Positions 1-11,615 of a DNA stretch of 64,000 nt are shown piece by piece. The stretch comes from Spizellomyces punctatus DAOM BR117. Taxonomy: Eukaryota. A program made the position numbers and the translations under genes. The stretch lies in the NCBI GenBank assembly GCA_000182565.2, contig KQ257460.1; one strand, 5' to 3'. Under the pieces are notes generated by a model. The model was not told the DNA's origin. It saw only the letters and a list, made by a program, of their open reading frames with translations, and ran no database searches. Numbering within the stretch: the first letter of the stretch is position 1; each line of letters starts with the position of its first letter.

Positions 1-1
1 C

Positions 2-928
2 ACGGCTAACCTGGATCAGGATCAACGACGCAAGTACTCCTCCGACTCTGGAAAAAGCAACCAAAAACCCTCGCAGCTTCTCACAAAAAAGTCGATATCA
101 GTGCGCACCAAAGAAGGCGGAAAATTACATGTTGTCTGTTATTACACAAAGTCTGATGTAGCAGCTGGGAGGTTGTTGACCCCCCGACAAGATTCCAACC
201 TTGCACAGTTGGCGGTGCGGGTGGGACTTTATCCTGATATCATTCCGGAGGTTTCAACATTAGGACCTGCAGCCCAAAATACGCCACCGATGGAAATAAG
301 CTCGCACGCTCAAACGTCACCAACCGTAACAGATCAACGTCCAAGAATCCCGTCTCACCGCAGTATTCTGCCCCCATCATCGACGTATACTTCTCGTCTT
401 GATGAACCTCGCACTCCAGATGCCATTTACGCTATCAGCGCTGCAAAATCCCAAGAGTATCCGTACCAAATGTCCCCGGCCCGACGGGACGAATATCCAT
501 TCCCAATTGTTTCAGACGGAGGAGTCAGGCATCACAATGTAGATGGTCCAATCACGGCACCCACCGTGTCATCGTATCCCAAGTATCCACGTCGAGCCAT
601 GGAGTACCGAGACGGGCCAACGGGATCGCAGAGAAACTACCGTCTACATCCCTACCAACGCCAACACTCGAATTTTTCAGGATACACCTCCCCGCGCACG
701 ACGCACGATGTACCGGATCACTTGTTTGCACATGGTGAGAGGGAAGTGTATGGAGATCGAGTTGACCAATATTTGACACAGCAACAGCCGTGGACCGCCT
801 CGTCTCCTCAACGACCGCAGCAGCAGCAGCAGCAACAGCATCAGCAGCAAGCGCCTGGTCCTAGATTGCCGCCATTGAGAATGGCTTTGTCGAGGGCAGA
901 TGAGGAAGGGCGGTGGCGGGGTTATTAG
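2..928 (+). CDS. Gti1/Pac2 (WOPR) family transcription factor, 3' part (gene starts before the window)
   Basis: Frame is open from the window start. It reads LTKKSISVRTKEGGKLHVVCYYTKSDVAAGRLLTP, matching the WOPRb motif (L.KK.+S+...HL+.YY...D...G.L.TP), followed by a low-complexity P/S/Q tail with polyQ. Confidence 0.8.
   Translation, partial: TANLDQDQRRKYSSDSGKSNQKPSQLLTKKSISVRTKEGGKLHVVCYYTKSDVAAGRLLTPRQDSNLAQLAVRVGLYPDIIPEVSTLGPAAQNTPPMEISSHAQTSPTVTDQRPRIPSHRSILPPSSTYTSRLDEPRTPDAIYAISAAKSQEYPYQMSPARRDEYPFPIVSDGGVRHHNVDGPITAPTVSSYPKYPRRAMEYRDGPTGSQRNYRLHPYQRQHSNFSGYTSPRTTHDVPDHLFAHGEREVYGDRVDQYLTQQQPWTASSPQRPQQQQQQQHQQQAPGPRLPPLRMALSRADEEGRWRGY
817..849 (+). repeat. CAG/CAA microsatellite encoding polyQ
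   Basis: (g)cagcagcagcagcagcaacagcatcagcagcaa inside the WOPR CDS. Confidence 0.85.
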
Positions 929-1215
929 ATGGACATTGCATGGGATGGCGGATATATATACCAAACGATCCATCATTGCTTGCACTGTTTTATTATTACT
1001 TTTTTTTTTTGCTTATTTCTAGTCTGTAATAGAAAGTGCAGTTTTCTTTTTCATTCATTTTCCTTTTTGTTGTTTTTTGGACCAATGTGCCTTTAGGTGG
1101 ACGTAACAGTTGGCTTTGACGGGCTGGCAATAAAACCAGCTTTCAAAAAAAACTCTTCTGCATCTGACCAGTAAAAATCGTGATTCGTGGAAAAATCAGG
1201 GATTCAAACTTTGTC

Positions 1216-1232
1216 GGGGGGGGGGGGGGGGG
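1216..1232. repeat. G17 homopolymer, intergenic
   Basis: Direct count of the G run. Confidence 0.9.
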
Positions 1233-2596
1233 CAAATCCAGAACCCTGGTCAAGTTTAATTTCTGGAAACTTGATATCAACAAACACGAGCCTCCGATGC
1301 ATTTATTCAATAAACGACAATGTGTGTCGAGTTTACGGTTTTGCATTATGCAATCTTTGCTTGTCTTGTATTCACAGCAGAATAGCTTTCAAGCTTCCGA
1401 ATGGTGTGATACACAGTTGGCCCTTATCACTGCTGAGGTGGTTCCCTTCGCAAGGATTGAGATGCTTATTATGAGGGAATGAGATCTTTTGTGCTGGTAG
1501 AGTTGAGCTTGCCATCTTTCTATCATAGCCGTAGCGGTTGAACCACATTGGACAGTTGATTAAGGCAAGTCTCACCTTGGCAACTGTTGGGTGCCGTTGC
1601 CCTTTACTGGCAGAGGCATTTTATTTTATGGGCAGCGATATGGGTGCATGAATAGCCACAATGGGTGGCGAAGTTTTCTATATAGTGGTTGATTGACGCT
1701 CATACAATGGGCATATCTGAGCGTTGACTTGAGATCGCAGTTAAATGAATAATCAGGTGAAGCCAATGCGTTCACACCCCGCAATATTCCTTGAGCCCCA
1801 TCATTCATGCGGATCAATCCCGCAAGCTTGAAGGTTCCTAGGTTAGTGTCTTGCTCGACATTTGACGACTGAAAAAACTCGAAAATGGATTCACAGTACA
1901 TTGTAAATATACCGATATACCACTGCTAAATTCGCAAATAATCTGAATGGACAGCGTCGGAAGTTGCTAGAGCATCAGCCCAGTTGATATTGTCCTTTGG
2001 GTTTGTCTACCTCCGGCACATTGTATCTCAATTAAATATCTTGAACAGCATGGACATGAATACCCACTGACGACAGAACATCCAAACAGAGCGTCATACT
2101 TCTGTCGCCTCTGTCTGTAACATGTTATTTGAATTCTGATTAGTAGACGCAGTTCGCTACGTCGTATCTTATTCTCATGTGGCGAATGAAGGAACAGTTC
2201 CATGGACTCACTTCCGATTGTAGAACGCCCCTATTGAGAAACGGCATTAGTTGCGGAAGGTGACGTCTGTCTTTCACGGTTAATACAAAGAGTGAGGGGT
2301 TTGTCTGAGCTATGGTGGTTGGCTGTCACAGCAGTCAAGAGCGTGCAATTATTTACAGCCTTGAGATAGTTGGCTTATCCCGGCGCCACCTCCAAGCAGT
2401 ACTCTAAGAAACTAGCGACTCCTGATCAGGAAAAAAAAACCTGGCGTAAAGGGATAGTTGAAAAGCGTTGATGTGCGAGCTGACAGCTTGCCTGATTATG
2501 CAACTAATGGACATTTATAGTATGTTGGACGAATCCCGTATATCTATTGTAGAGAATATTTACGTATCTCTAGTCGATTGGGCCATCCCCGTATCG

Positions 2597-3221
2597 TCAT
2601 GATGCTTCCGCAAAGTCTTTCAAGGCATCGCCAGTCAATCGGAATATCCTCCATTCGTCCAGGGGAGTAGCTTTGACTTTGTGAACATAAAAATCAATCG
2701 CGGGGGTATTCCTATAACACAGATGGGAGAATCATTGGGAGATGGAGACAGACACATTGGACATGGCCATCAAACTCACCAGTCCAAGGCAACCCATTCA
2801 ACTCGCGCACAGTCCTTCTCAACGGCCAGTTTGGCGAGGTGCTTCAATAAAACGGTACCCACTCCCTTGCCTCTAACCTCGGGCTTGACATAGAGGTCTT
2901 CCAAGTACAACCCTGGTCGGCCCTCCCATGTCGACTGGGGAAAATTCAGTGTCAGTGGACATAATGGGACAAACCGACTGTTAATGAGCTTACATAGTTG
3001 TGGAAATACAACGCCATTCCAACTTCTTTCCCGTTGAGACAAGCAAACACCACATATGCATACGGGTGAGGTCCAAAGACAGTCTTTCTAAAGTGTTCTT
3101 CGGTCGCATACACCTTCTCTGGCGCCTTTTCGTAAAGAGCCAGCTCCTTTACAAACTGCAAAATAAGAGAACAATCTTCTGGAGTTGCGTCTCGAACGGT
3201 GATGTCACTACTTGAGGCCAT
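2597..3221 (-). CDS. GNAT family diamine/polyamine N-acetyltransferase (SSAT/Ats1-like), 3 exons
   Basis: Exons 3221-2994, 2934-2780 and 2711-2597 with GT-AG introns. Motifs: ELALYEK, FHNYSTWEGRPGLYLEDLYV, RGKGVG (acetyl-CoA loop), LDWNTPAIDFY. Confidence 0.92.
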
Positions 3222-3916
3222 CTTGTTCTGGATGCAAAGAAATGGAATGCAGCAAACAGCAACGTATTGCCAGTGGCTGTGAAAGCCATGTACTGTAGAT
3301 AAATCATGCAACAGTCACTCAAGGTCATTTGAACCGGCTGCAAATGAAACCGTCCATTCATGAAGAATTGCACATTACCACCGACTCTTGTGGTGATCAA
3401 GAAACAACTTTCATTCTTTTTGAGTGGAGCCCGACATGGGGATTGGCACGGAAACTCGCGAGATTCCTCAGAAATGCATAAAGGATGCAAGAGGACAAGA
3501 AGCAATGAACCTTTCGCAGGTTGATATCGCTTGAATAGTTTAGATCAGTGGAATCTGAGAGCGCCGCGACGTCCTAATAACACATGTAGTCCCGATAGGC
3601 ATAACCAAATGGGCTCTACGATCAGAAGAAGCTGTCTTTGTATTGGTGATGGACATGCCAGAGGATCGTACTGTTACAGTCATTACAATCCACCCAAATT
3701 GATGCATTTGAATGTCAATCCGCCATGGCTGGCTCCCTGAGGTGGCAAACGCCGTTGGTTGTTTTTGCAAAGACATTGGCGGTCGAAAAGCCTTCCCCAT
3801 GGTTAAGACCGTCAAGACAGAGTGAATCGTTATTGAGGGCCAAATAAGATACTGATCCCATCAAAACGTCTCTGTTGACGAAAGTTTATGTTCAAGTGAC
3901 ATGACACGCACAAGGG

Positions 3917-6339
3917 ATGAATGCCCCTGGAAAGCGCAAACGGGGCAGTGGAAGCAGTGGAAAGAGTAAACTCTCTGGATCCCTCCGAGGGTTCCCTGCT
4001 GAAGGGCAGAAATCTGGAAATGCAAACAAGGGCCGTCGAACGGGATCCGTTCCCGACATCACCGCAGCGAGAAACGGTTCAACCCTCGAGGACTATTTTC
4101 CAGGCTTGAGACCAGTCCACAGCAATTCTACAACCTCTGACCCTTGTTTTGGAAATCCTATTCAGTTGGGGGAACCTCCAGGACTGACAAAGCTACCTGA
4201 CGCGGATTCAGAGTATGTAAACCCGAACGGCGTGCGCTCTCCAAGGCTCTTGAAGGCGGAAAGTATCGTGCCTGATGAAATCGAATGTCCTATATGTGGA
4301 ATGAAGCTAGAGTCCTGCAATTTGAAGGTTATTTTCGTCGGTTGAGCATATTCACAACATGAATTGGACCTAACGTGAGATTGTTCAGGCAAACCTCCAT
4401 GTTAACAAATGTTTGGATATTCGCGTCATTTGTGACACAGGTGGGCAAGGCACGGCACAGGAAACTCTTGAAAGAGACGGCTTGTCTCTGAACAGAGTAT
4501 CCCACGTTCAAGTCAATGGGAATGTGAGCAACGTAACCTGTGTTTTGGGAGATCCAAATGTGTCAGAACCAGACAATGCGATGCCGACACTCAGTCTCGA
4601 CAATGCCACTGAGGGAGAATATGACATGTACTCAGAGTTGGATGATGACCTAGATGATGAATTTTGGGAGGCGGTCGATGCTGTGGTACAAAGTGCTCAA
4701 GCCGGAGCAGTTTCGAGTGGAGTAACTGGCAACGAGCTGTTGGGAAGTTCTGCTGTTACAGCAGATTGTACTAGTGCAGTGCCCACCCGTTCACTTGAAA
4801 TCAATGATGACGCAACTACCCGGAGCGCACATCCTACACCTGAAGGTAAATGGAATATGAGAAAGAAACAATGTCCGTGGTACAAGAAGATGCCAGGAAC
4901 GAAATTTTCTGTCGACGCCTTTTCTTACGGGAAGATTGACGGAATAGAGGGTTATTTCCTTAGGTAAGGCTGGCAGTCCTCAATTGTTGCGAATTGGATG
5001 AGCAAGGTTTCTGATCCTGTCCATCGCACATACGATCACCCAGCCATTTCCATTCAGATCACTATGGAGGGCTCAACAAGTCATTCACTCATGGTCCAAT
5101 ATACTGTTCGACGGTTACAGGCAATTTAGTGATTCAGCAGCTTCGAGTTAATCCAAAATATGTGGTACGATTACCTATGGATACTGCGGTAGACGTCATG
5201 GGAGTGCGGGTCACACTGATCGAGGCCAACCAGTAAGTCTAAAAACACGATGTGCAGGGATTGTCTCTACTGGTAAACTCAAACGTAACCATAGCTGCCC
5301 AGGGGCTGTCTTGTTTCTCTTTGAGTTCCGCAATCAAGACGGACAGATGCGTCGATATCTCCACACTGGAGATTTTCGCGCACATGCCTCTCAGCTTGCG
5401 CATCCAAGTCTACAGGCTGGGAAACTGGATATCATATATCTTGACACAACTTACTGTCACCCATCCCACCGATTCCCACCCCAAGATCAAGTAGTTGAAG
5501 CAATATGTGAGCTGTGTCGGAGGGTTTGTCATCGTGGTGAGACGGTACAAAGCATTATCGCTAGCGGTAGCGACAAGAAGAAAGCTGCGAAAGAGAAACC
5601 ACCCAGTGCAGCAGAGCTTTTAAAACGATGGATAGGCTGGGGAGTAACCAAAGGGCCAAAGCCGACAACCAAGCCCAAGAATCGGTCTCGTACTCTAATA
5701 ATCGTCGGGTCTTACACCATCGGTAAAGAGAAAGTCTTTGCTTCCATTGCTCAGACCCTTTCCACAAAGATATACGCAAACCACTACAAACGGACTGTAC
5801 TCGCTGCAGAAGAAAACGCGGCTCTCGATGATTTGCTTTGCAAGAACCCGAAAGAGGCCGGCGTACATGTGGTTGGAATGGGAGGTCTTCGAGGCGATGC
5901 TGTCAAAGAGTACATAGTCAAGAATGATCTATCGGACCAATGTGATTCAGTCATCTGTATTCGACCGACCGGATGGACATTCCGGCCATCAAAGAGTAAC
6001 CCGATAGCTGAGCAGAAACCCTTTGATGTGGGAGCATTAAAGCCAAGCTATAGTTACATCCAAATCCCTGCTCCGCCAGCAAAAGGGCCAATTAATGGTG
6101 GTAATACCACCCTGAAGCCTAAAGCTGTACCGTTGATTACTATTCCTTTACCTTACAGTGAGCACAGCAGTTTTGAAGAACTGGAAATGTTTGTTAAAAC
6201 GCTAACTGGGCGAAAGAATGGAGGGGTGGACCGTGTCATTGCGACTGTAAGAGGAAGTGGGGATAAGGGACGTGAAATTGACGAATGTTGTCGGAAATGG
6301 GTGGAGGAAGGCAGACGCGTGGGATTCGTGGCGGATTGA
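3917..6339 (+). CDS. PSO2: SNM1A/Pso2-like DNA cross-link repair nuclease (N-terminal UBZ4, MBL/beta-CASP), 4 exons
   Basis: Exons 3917-4327, 4389-4963, 5044-5232, 5295-6339. Splicing builds the UBZ motif CPICG...NLHVNKCLD. Also [64 protein letters not shown]. Confidence 0.92.
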
Positions 6340-6619
6340 ATCCTTGATAGATTTAGGCGGACGTGGAGAAAATGAACTATTCTATAGACCTTTTAGAATT
6401 CCAAACCGAATCATGATTGATATTGTTGGTCGGCTTGGTTTATTTATTGACATGAGGGCGACAGTCCCCCAGGGTGCACACATGATGCCTATTTATAGTA
6501 TTTCAAAGCCATGCACTTAGATTAGGTAGTTCGTTGAACCTGCCACCATGTAGAATTTCAGGATCGAAGTGCTTGTTTTAGATGGCAACCTGTTCGAATT
6601 TCGTCGGGCTCTCATAGTG

Positions 6620-8446
6620 ATGTTACGCCAGCTCTCGGTCGCAGCTGCGTTCCTCCTGAACTTCTCTCCCATCGCACGATGTACAAACAGTCCCCTAGCG
6701 CCTACGGACCAAGCGTCTGACGAGGTTTCGATTTTGCCTCCCTACCGCCCTTCGGACCTCTCCGACACTATCCCACTCAAACCCCGCTACCTCCTTTTCC
6801 TCGTCGGCTCTGCAACGGAAGGCGGAAAGGCCCGAAGAGCGGAACCTGCGCCGACCTACACCCTCGACCAAATCGAGGGGCTCGCTTTCAAAAATGGTAC
6901 AAAACCAGCCTGGAAACATGCCCATTGTCTCGTTGTTGATGACATCGGTGACCTCGATTTTGCCCAGTTGGGGACGCTGGTAGGGGATGTGGTGCGAATT
7001 GAAGAAGATGTACAGGTTTCACATGATTCTTGGAGCATGAATTTCGACGTTGACCCAATAAATTGGGGCCTGGATCGCATTACGCAGATTTTCGTCGACG
7101 GGAAAGCCATCACAACGCCCCTGAACAGAACCTATATATTCCCCTGGACTTCAACACCAAACGATGTCGATGTATACGTTTTGGGATCAGGAATTCAGAT
7201 TGGGCATTCAGAGTTTGCTGGACGGAAGATGTCGTTTGATATCAATTTCGTCGGGGATGGAATAGATACTGACTGTTTCGGCCACGAGACGCACGTCGCA
7301 TCAACGATTGTCGGAGGGACCACAGGTGTAGCGCGGGATGCCACTGGGATAAGGGTACACGCAGTCAAGGTGCTTGATTGCGCGGGTGCAGGCTACATGT
7401 CGGCAGTCATGCAGGGAATACAGTATGTGATTGACCAACATAATGCAAAGGTTGCTAGCGGTGGAACAAATAAAACGGTGATAAATATGTCGCTCTCGGG
7501 CTCCAAGTTGGATTCCGCGAACGCCTTGGTGGATATTGCGACATCTATAGGCATCTTGGTTGTCGTATCAGCGGGGAATGAGGCGATTGATGCGTGTGCG
7601 AGTCGGTCGCCGGCCAGTGCCGCGACAGCTCTAACAGTCGCGGCATCAACACCAGGAGATGACCAGGCATGGTTCTCTAGCTGGGGAAGTTGTGTCAACA
7701 TATACGCACCAGGAACGGACATTCTTGGAGCAGGAATAGGACCTACAAATAGTTCTCTTGTTTACAAAACCGGAACGAGCATGAGTGCACCTATGGTGAC
7801 GGGTGTCGCTGCAGTTTGGTTATCTAACGGATGGGTTGGTGCAGTTGATCAGTACAAAGTACATGAGTTGTTCCAAGGGCTGCTGGATTCCTCGTTGAAA
7901 GGTGTCATCCGCAAGCCCACTGGTGCGACCCACAACAGACTGCTCAACCTGTCCCCTTGTCGATGGACGATATCATCAATCACAAACTCGACAACTCGAT
8001 ACTACTGCATCCTTCATGCATTAGAATTTTGGGATTCTAGAAATGTATGTAAACGTCTTGGAGGTGTCATGGCCAATCCTAGTACAGAGGAAGTAGCTTA
8101 TCTCTCGAGTAGAATGACTTCTGTGGCATGGCTGGGGGGATGGCTGGGTAAATCTTGGAATTTCCGCGCCGGATGTTTGGTGCTGTATCCTGGGGGTGCG
8201 TTGGTGCCATCACTGTGCAAATCTCAGCTGCAGGGGCTTTGCGATATTACCCTGCCTGAGAAGCAGACAACCAGCAGCACGGTGGTGTCGGGTGTGAACA
8301 CAACTGCAAGTGTTGCATCGAGCGGGAGTACAACCGCAGCTGTAATGACATCGAACGGGACGACTACCACGGCAACGACAAGAACAGAAACAACAACAAC
8401 GAGTGGAATGAGCGCCAGCGGGACGACGACGACAAAAATCCAATAA
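6620..8446 (+). CDS. Secreted S8A (proteinase K-like) subtilase with C-terminal C-type-lectin-like domain and Thr/Ser-rich tail; catalytic Asp appears replaced
   Basis: Intronless. Signal-like N-terminus and I9-like propeptide, then WGLDRI, VYVLGSGI, GHETHVASTI, VINMSL, SAGN, GTSMSAP. C-terminal part has C..LGG.MA...AWLGGW...C...C...LC. Confidence 0.85.
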   Translation: MLRQLSVAAAFLLNFSPIARCTNSPLAPTDQASDEVSILPPYRPSDLSDTIPLKPRYLLFLVGSATEGGKARRAEPAPTYTLDQIEGLAFKNGTKPAWKHAHCLVVDDIGDLDFAQLGTLVGDVVRIEEDVQVSHDSWSMNFDVDPINWGLDRITQIFVDGKAITTPLNRTYIFPWTSTPNDVDVYVLGSGIQIGHSEFAGRKMSFDINFVGDGIDTDCFGHETHVASTIVGGTTGVARDATGIRVHAVKVLDCAGAGYMSAVMQGIQYVIDQHNAKVASGGTNKTVINMSLSGSKLDSANALVDIATSIGILVVVSAGNEAIDACASRSPASAATALTVAASTPGDDQAWFSSWGSCVNIYAPGTDILGAGIGPTNSSLVYKTGTSMSAPMVTGVAAVWLSNGWVGAVDQYKVHELFQGLLDSSLKGVIRKPTGATHNRLLNLSPCRWTISSITNSTTRYYCILHALEFWDSRNVCKRLGGVMANPSTEEVAYLSSRMTSVAWLGGWLGKSWNFRAGCLVLYPGGALVPSLCKSQLQGLCDITLPEKQTTSSTVVSGVNTTASVASSGSTTAAVMTSNGTTTTATTRTETTTTSGMSASGTTTTKIQ

Positions 8447-8562
8447 CAGGGATTACAGGAAATAGAACACATAGAAAAACAATCTGTATTTGCAATACAT
8501 GTTACTCATCACCTCTAAACACGGACACTTCCCACTGATAAACACAACATCTACGCCCCCGT

Positions 8563-10842
8563 TCACATGCCGGGAAAGCCCTCAAAAAGTTTGTCTATGG
8601 TTCTTGATATATCGTCCACATCATGCGCGAGAGATTCCCCCATTTGATTGTCGGGTTGTTCATTTTCGGGCATCACGGGTGAAGAAAAAAAATTGGGAGG
8701 TCCGTTGATGTGGAATTGGGCTGCGCGGCGAGCTGCTGGAGAGGGTGGATTTTCAGGCGGAAGGGGTGATTGGCTAAAGCTTTGTGGGTGGTCGAGGGTA
8801 TTGGCTCGTTCCAAGGCATGGGACTGATCCAATGTGTTTGTGTTGGCCCCATGTAGAGTGTATGCGCGATTAAGCATGCTTGTGCGGTCTATGGTGCTTG
8901 CTCGGTCCAATGTGCTCAAACGGTCTACGGTGCCAGCTCGGTCCGGCATCCCGTTCGTTGCTGGTCGTCTCGGCTTTGACGTGCCATTGGTAGTAGACGA
9001 CCTAATCGATGCATTCCGAAGCAGATCAATCTGCTTCTGAGCCATCTGACTTTGTACTGGCCCTTCCCTCGAACTCGTAGACGGGTGTCGATACTGTTCT
9101 TCAGCAGCGCTGGCCACACCTGTCGGCGAAACAGGACGTGTTATATCCCCCTCAGCCGGTTCCGCAATCTCGCTGTTTGGATCATCCGAGTCGGGAAGAA
9201 CTGTCACGCCAACGTTCCCGCCAAGTTCTCGCCTCGGGGCTGGGCGAACTGGTTTTGAAAGTGTCCGCAGTTGGATGGTTGGAACATTTTGGTAAAGAGA
9301 GGCAGGATGGAGGATTGTTATGGGGATCTCAGTGCAGAGTGGCGTGCTGGACATTTTGAGTATGTGAAATTGCATGATAGAGCCAGGACGGAACTGCATT
9401 GGTTTTCTCGACTGCTTACCTGCCCCTGGGTTTAATCGTAACCTGGACTACGTATGAAACATCCAATAGCATTCCGAATCGTATGGACCGGGCATTAATC
9501 TAAAGATCCACATTAGCAAAGGCCTGACCAATAAACCAGTAGGTAGAATAAACTCACCGGCACGGCCAAATCCAGTACTACGCATCTCTTCTCTCCTCTA
9601 TCCACCCCCTTCCACTCTTCCGCAACTTCGTCACTACCCAGCTCATTTTTGCCCACCTTCCACGTCCGTTTGGCAATCGGTACACGCGAAAAGGAAATCG
9701 GGCGCAATGTGCTAGTCGAATGTGGGGTCAGAGTCGTGGTAGTGGTGTTTGGAGGCGGACTACTTGCGCTTGGCGAAAAAGTTTTCAGGCGGCGGATGAG
9801 AGTTAGTTTTAAATCCGTTATCTGGGTGTTTGAATAGATTAGTTGGTGGCAGAGGAAATAGCTCATTTACAAGGACTTGTTACCTTTCTCTCACTTCCAT
9901 TCTCGATATCCAGTCCAACAAACCCAACGCTGCCGGCCACCCAGAAGCCAACACCACCTTCATTATCATCAGGTACCCTCACAGATGCCTTCACGCTAAC
10001 TTCGCCCTTTCGCCCCAACCCAAACCAGTATTTTCCACCCACTACAGCGGTAGTTTCCGCTGCATGAGGAGACCCAGGGTCCGTACTGGTGGGAAATCGA
10101 GTCAGAGGTGAGGTCAGTGGCGGGAGGGACTCAAGAAGAAAAAATGGCGTAAACGTCGATAAGGGCGTCAAAGGTCGCGTTGATCTCAGCGGTTTTAAAT
10201 GTAAGGTAACTACCACCAAGTATCTGACGCCTCCTTCACCCTTACACCATACTGAAGAAGGTAAGGGCTTTACAACCTCGTGCTGAACTTTGAGTCTTGA
10301 TTCAGATCCGGACGAATGCATTCCTTCGCCAAACTTTTCGAGCGGAATAGAAAAATCTAGGACATGTCTTCCTTTTTTTGCGAGCCACATGCCGTGTTCG
10401 TCGGGTGGGCCTGCATGCACCGCACTGCTCGGCGGGAGCGATGTACATTGGACCGGCAGTGTATGCCAAAGGAGGAGACGGCGATGGGACTGGGATTTGG
10501 CGGTGGTTTCTATTGTAAAACGCCATGAGCTTCACTATCCCTCCCTCATAGTATCAACCAATTGTGAAAATGCGTACCTTCAAACCCAACAACATCAACT
10601 TCAATTCTACCAATCTTGACCCCCTCGCGCTTCCTGACATTTACAACAACATGTCCATTGACATCTCCTGCAGCCACGAAAATGGTCCGATCGAGTTGCA
10701 CATCCAGGTGAACGCCGCAGGCGTTATTACGGATTTTGGAAGGCGGGTCAAATTCTGGGGTAGTGGTAGATTCTTGGAGAGACGGCGCGAGAGAGGGCGG
10801 ATTGAGTGGGTTGGCATGCCAGTGGGATGCGGTCAGCGACAT
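8563..10842 (-). CDS. Arrestin-fold protein (Arrestin_N/C-like) with low-complexity tail, multi-exon
   Basis: LDVQLDRTIFVAAGDVNGHVVV...IGRIEVDVVGFE, LDFSIPL...PLPSS....GGVRY, GEVSVKASV, ITDLKLTLIRRLKTF and EIPITILHP are beta-sandwich arrestin segments. They are joined by GT-AG introns (e.g. donor at 10577); internal exon limits are approximate. Confidence 0.7.
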
Positions 10843-11615
10843 TGTCCGAAAAGTTAATAATAAAAATATCAGTTTTGAAGAATGCTGCTTTTCTTAGATA
10901 AAAGTTGACCGTTGGAGGGTATCTAGTTTGGCTTTCCTCACTAGCACTTGCTTGTAAACGATCTGCACCCGGTTCTAGAGGTCACTCATTTAATAGAAGC
11001 AGATTTGCCAAGTAAACACGCTTTCATCTCCCAAAGCGAATAACTCCACTTGCTGTCGAGATATGTTCGTCACGTTCAGTAGGTCCCGTCTGGGCCAACC
11101 GACGCGGCACTCACACTCTCCAGAAACAACAAGATCACTCATGACGTTTTTTATTCGTCCCATTCCGGATAACGATTAAAAGGAATTCTACCATTGTAGA
11201 GCCGCCTCTTTGCCTATGGATTATGCTAGAAAGATGCAGACTAGCAGAATAACTTGGTTCAAATCCCCAACCTCAATTTGGACTGCTTTCTTAAGTTTGC
11301 TATCTGAATTACCTTGGTGTACATAGTTATATCTCTACTTGATAATGCTGCTGCTTGTGAGTCGCATCTGTATTATTCTCGACGACTTTGAATTGATGCT
11401 CATGGTAGAAAGTCCTTTCCAGCTTACCAATAAACGCCTAGGTGGCACAGCCATTCAAGGTCATGTAAGCAAGCATTCAATTGTAGCTATTTTGGCTGGT
11501 CAACGAAGTTGCCAACTCAACAGTTGGGATGCCCACCAATGAATGAGATAGTACAACGACCTTAAAAGCACATTCACGGAGCAGATACGGCACCAGCTTC
11601 GACATTACCTAACCA

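Noticed and set aside
1143..2400. Several short ORFs and splice-like signals on the - strand
   Set aside because: I could not join them into a stop-free frame (all three frames close near 1610-1640) and recognised no motif; possibly non-coding or decayed.
3450..3467. Imperfect palindrome ggaaactcgcgagattcc between the GNAT and SNM1A genes; scattered ACGCGT/CACGTG sites elsewhere
   Set aside because: Short motifs expected by chance; not supportable without conservation data.
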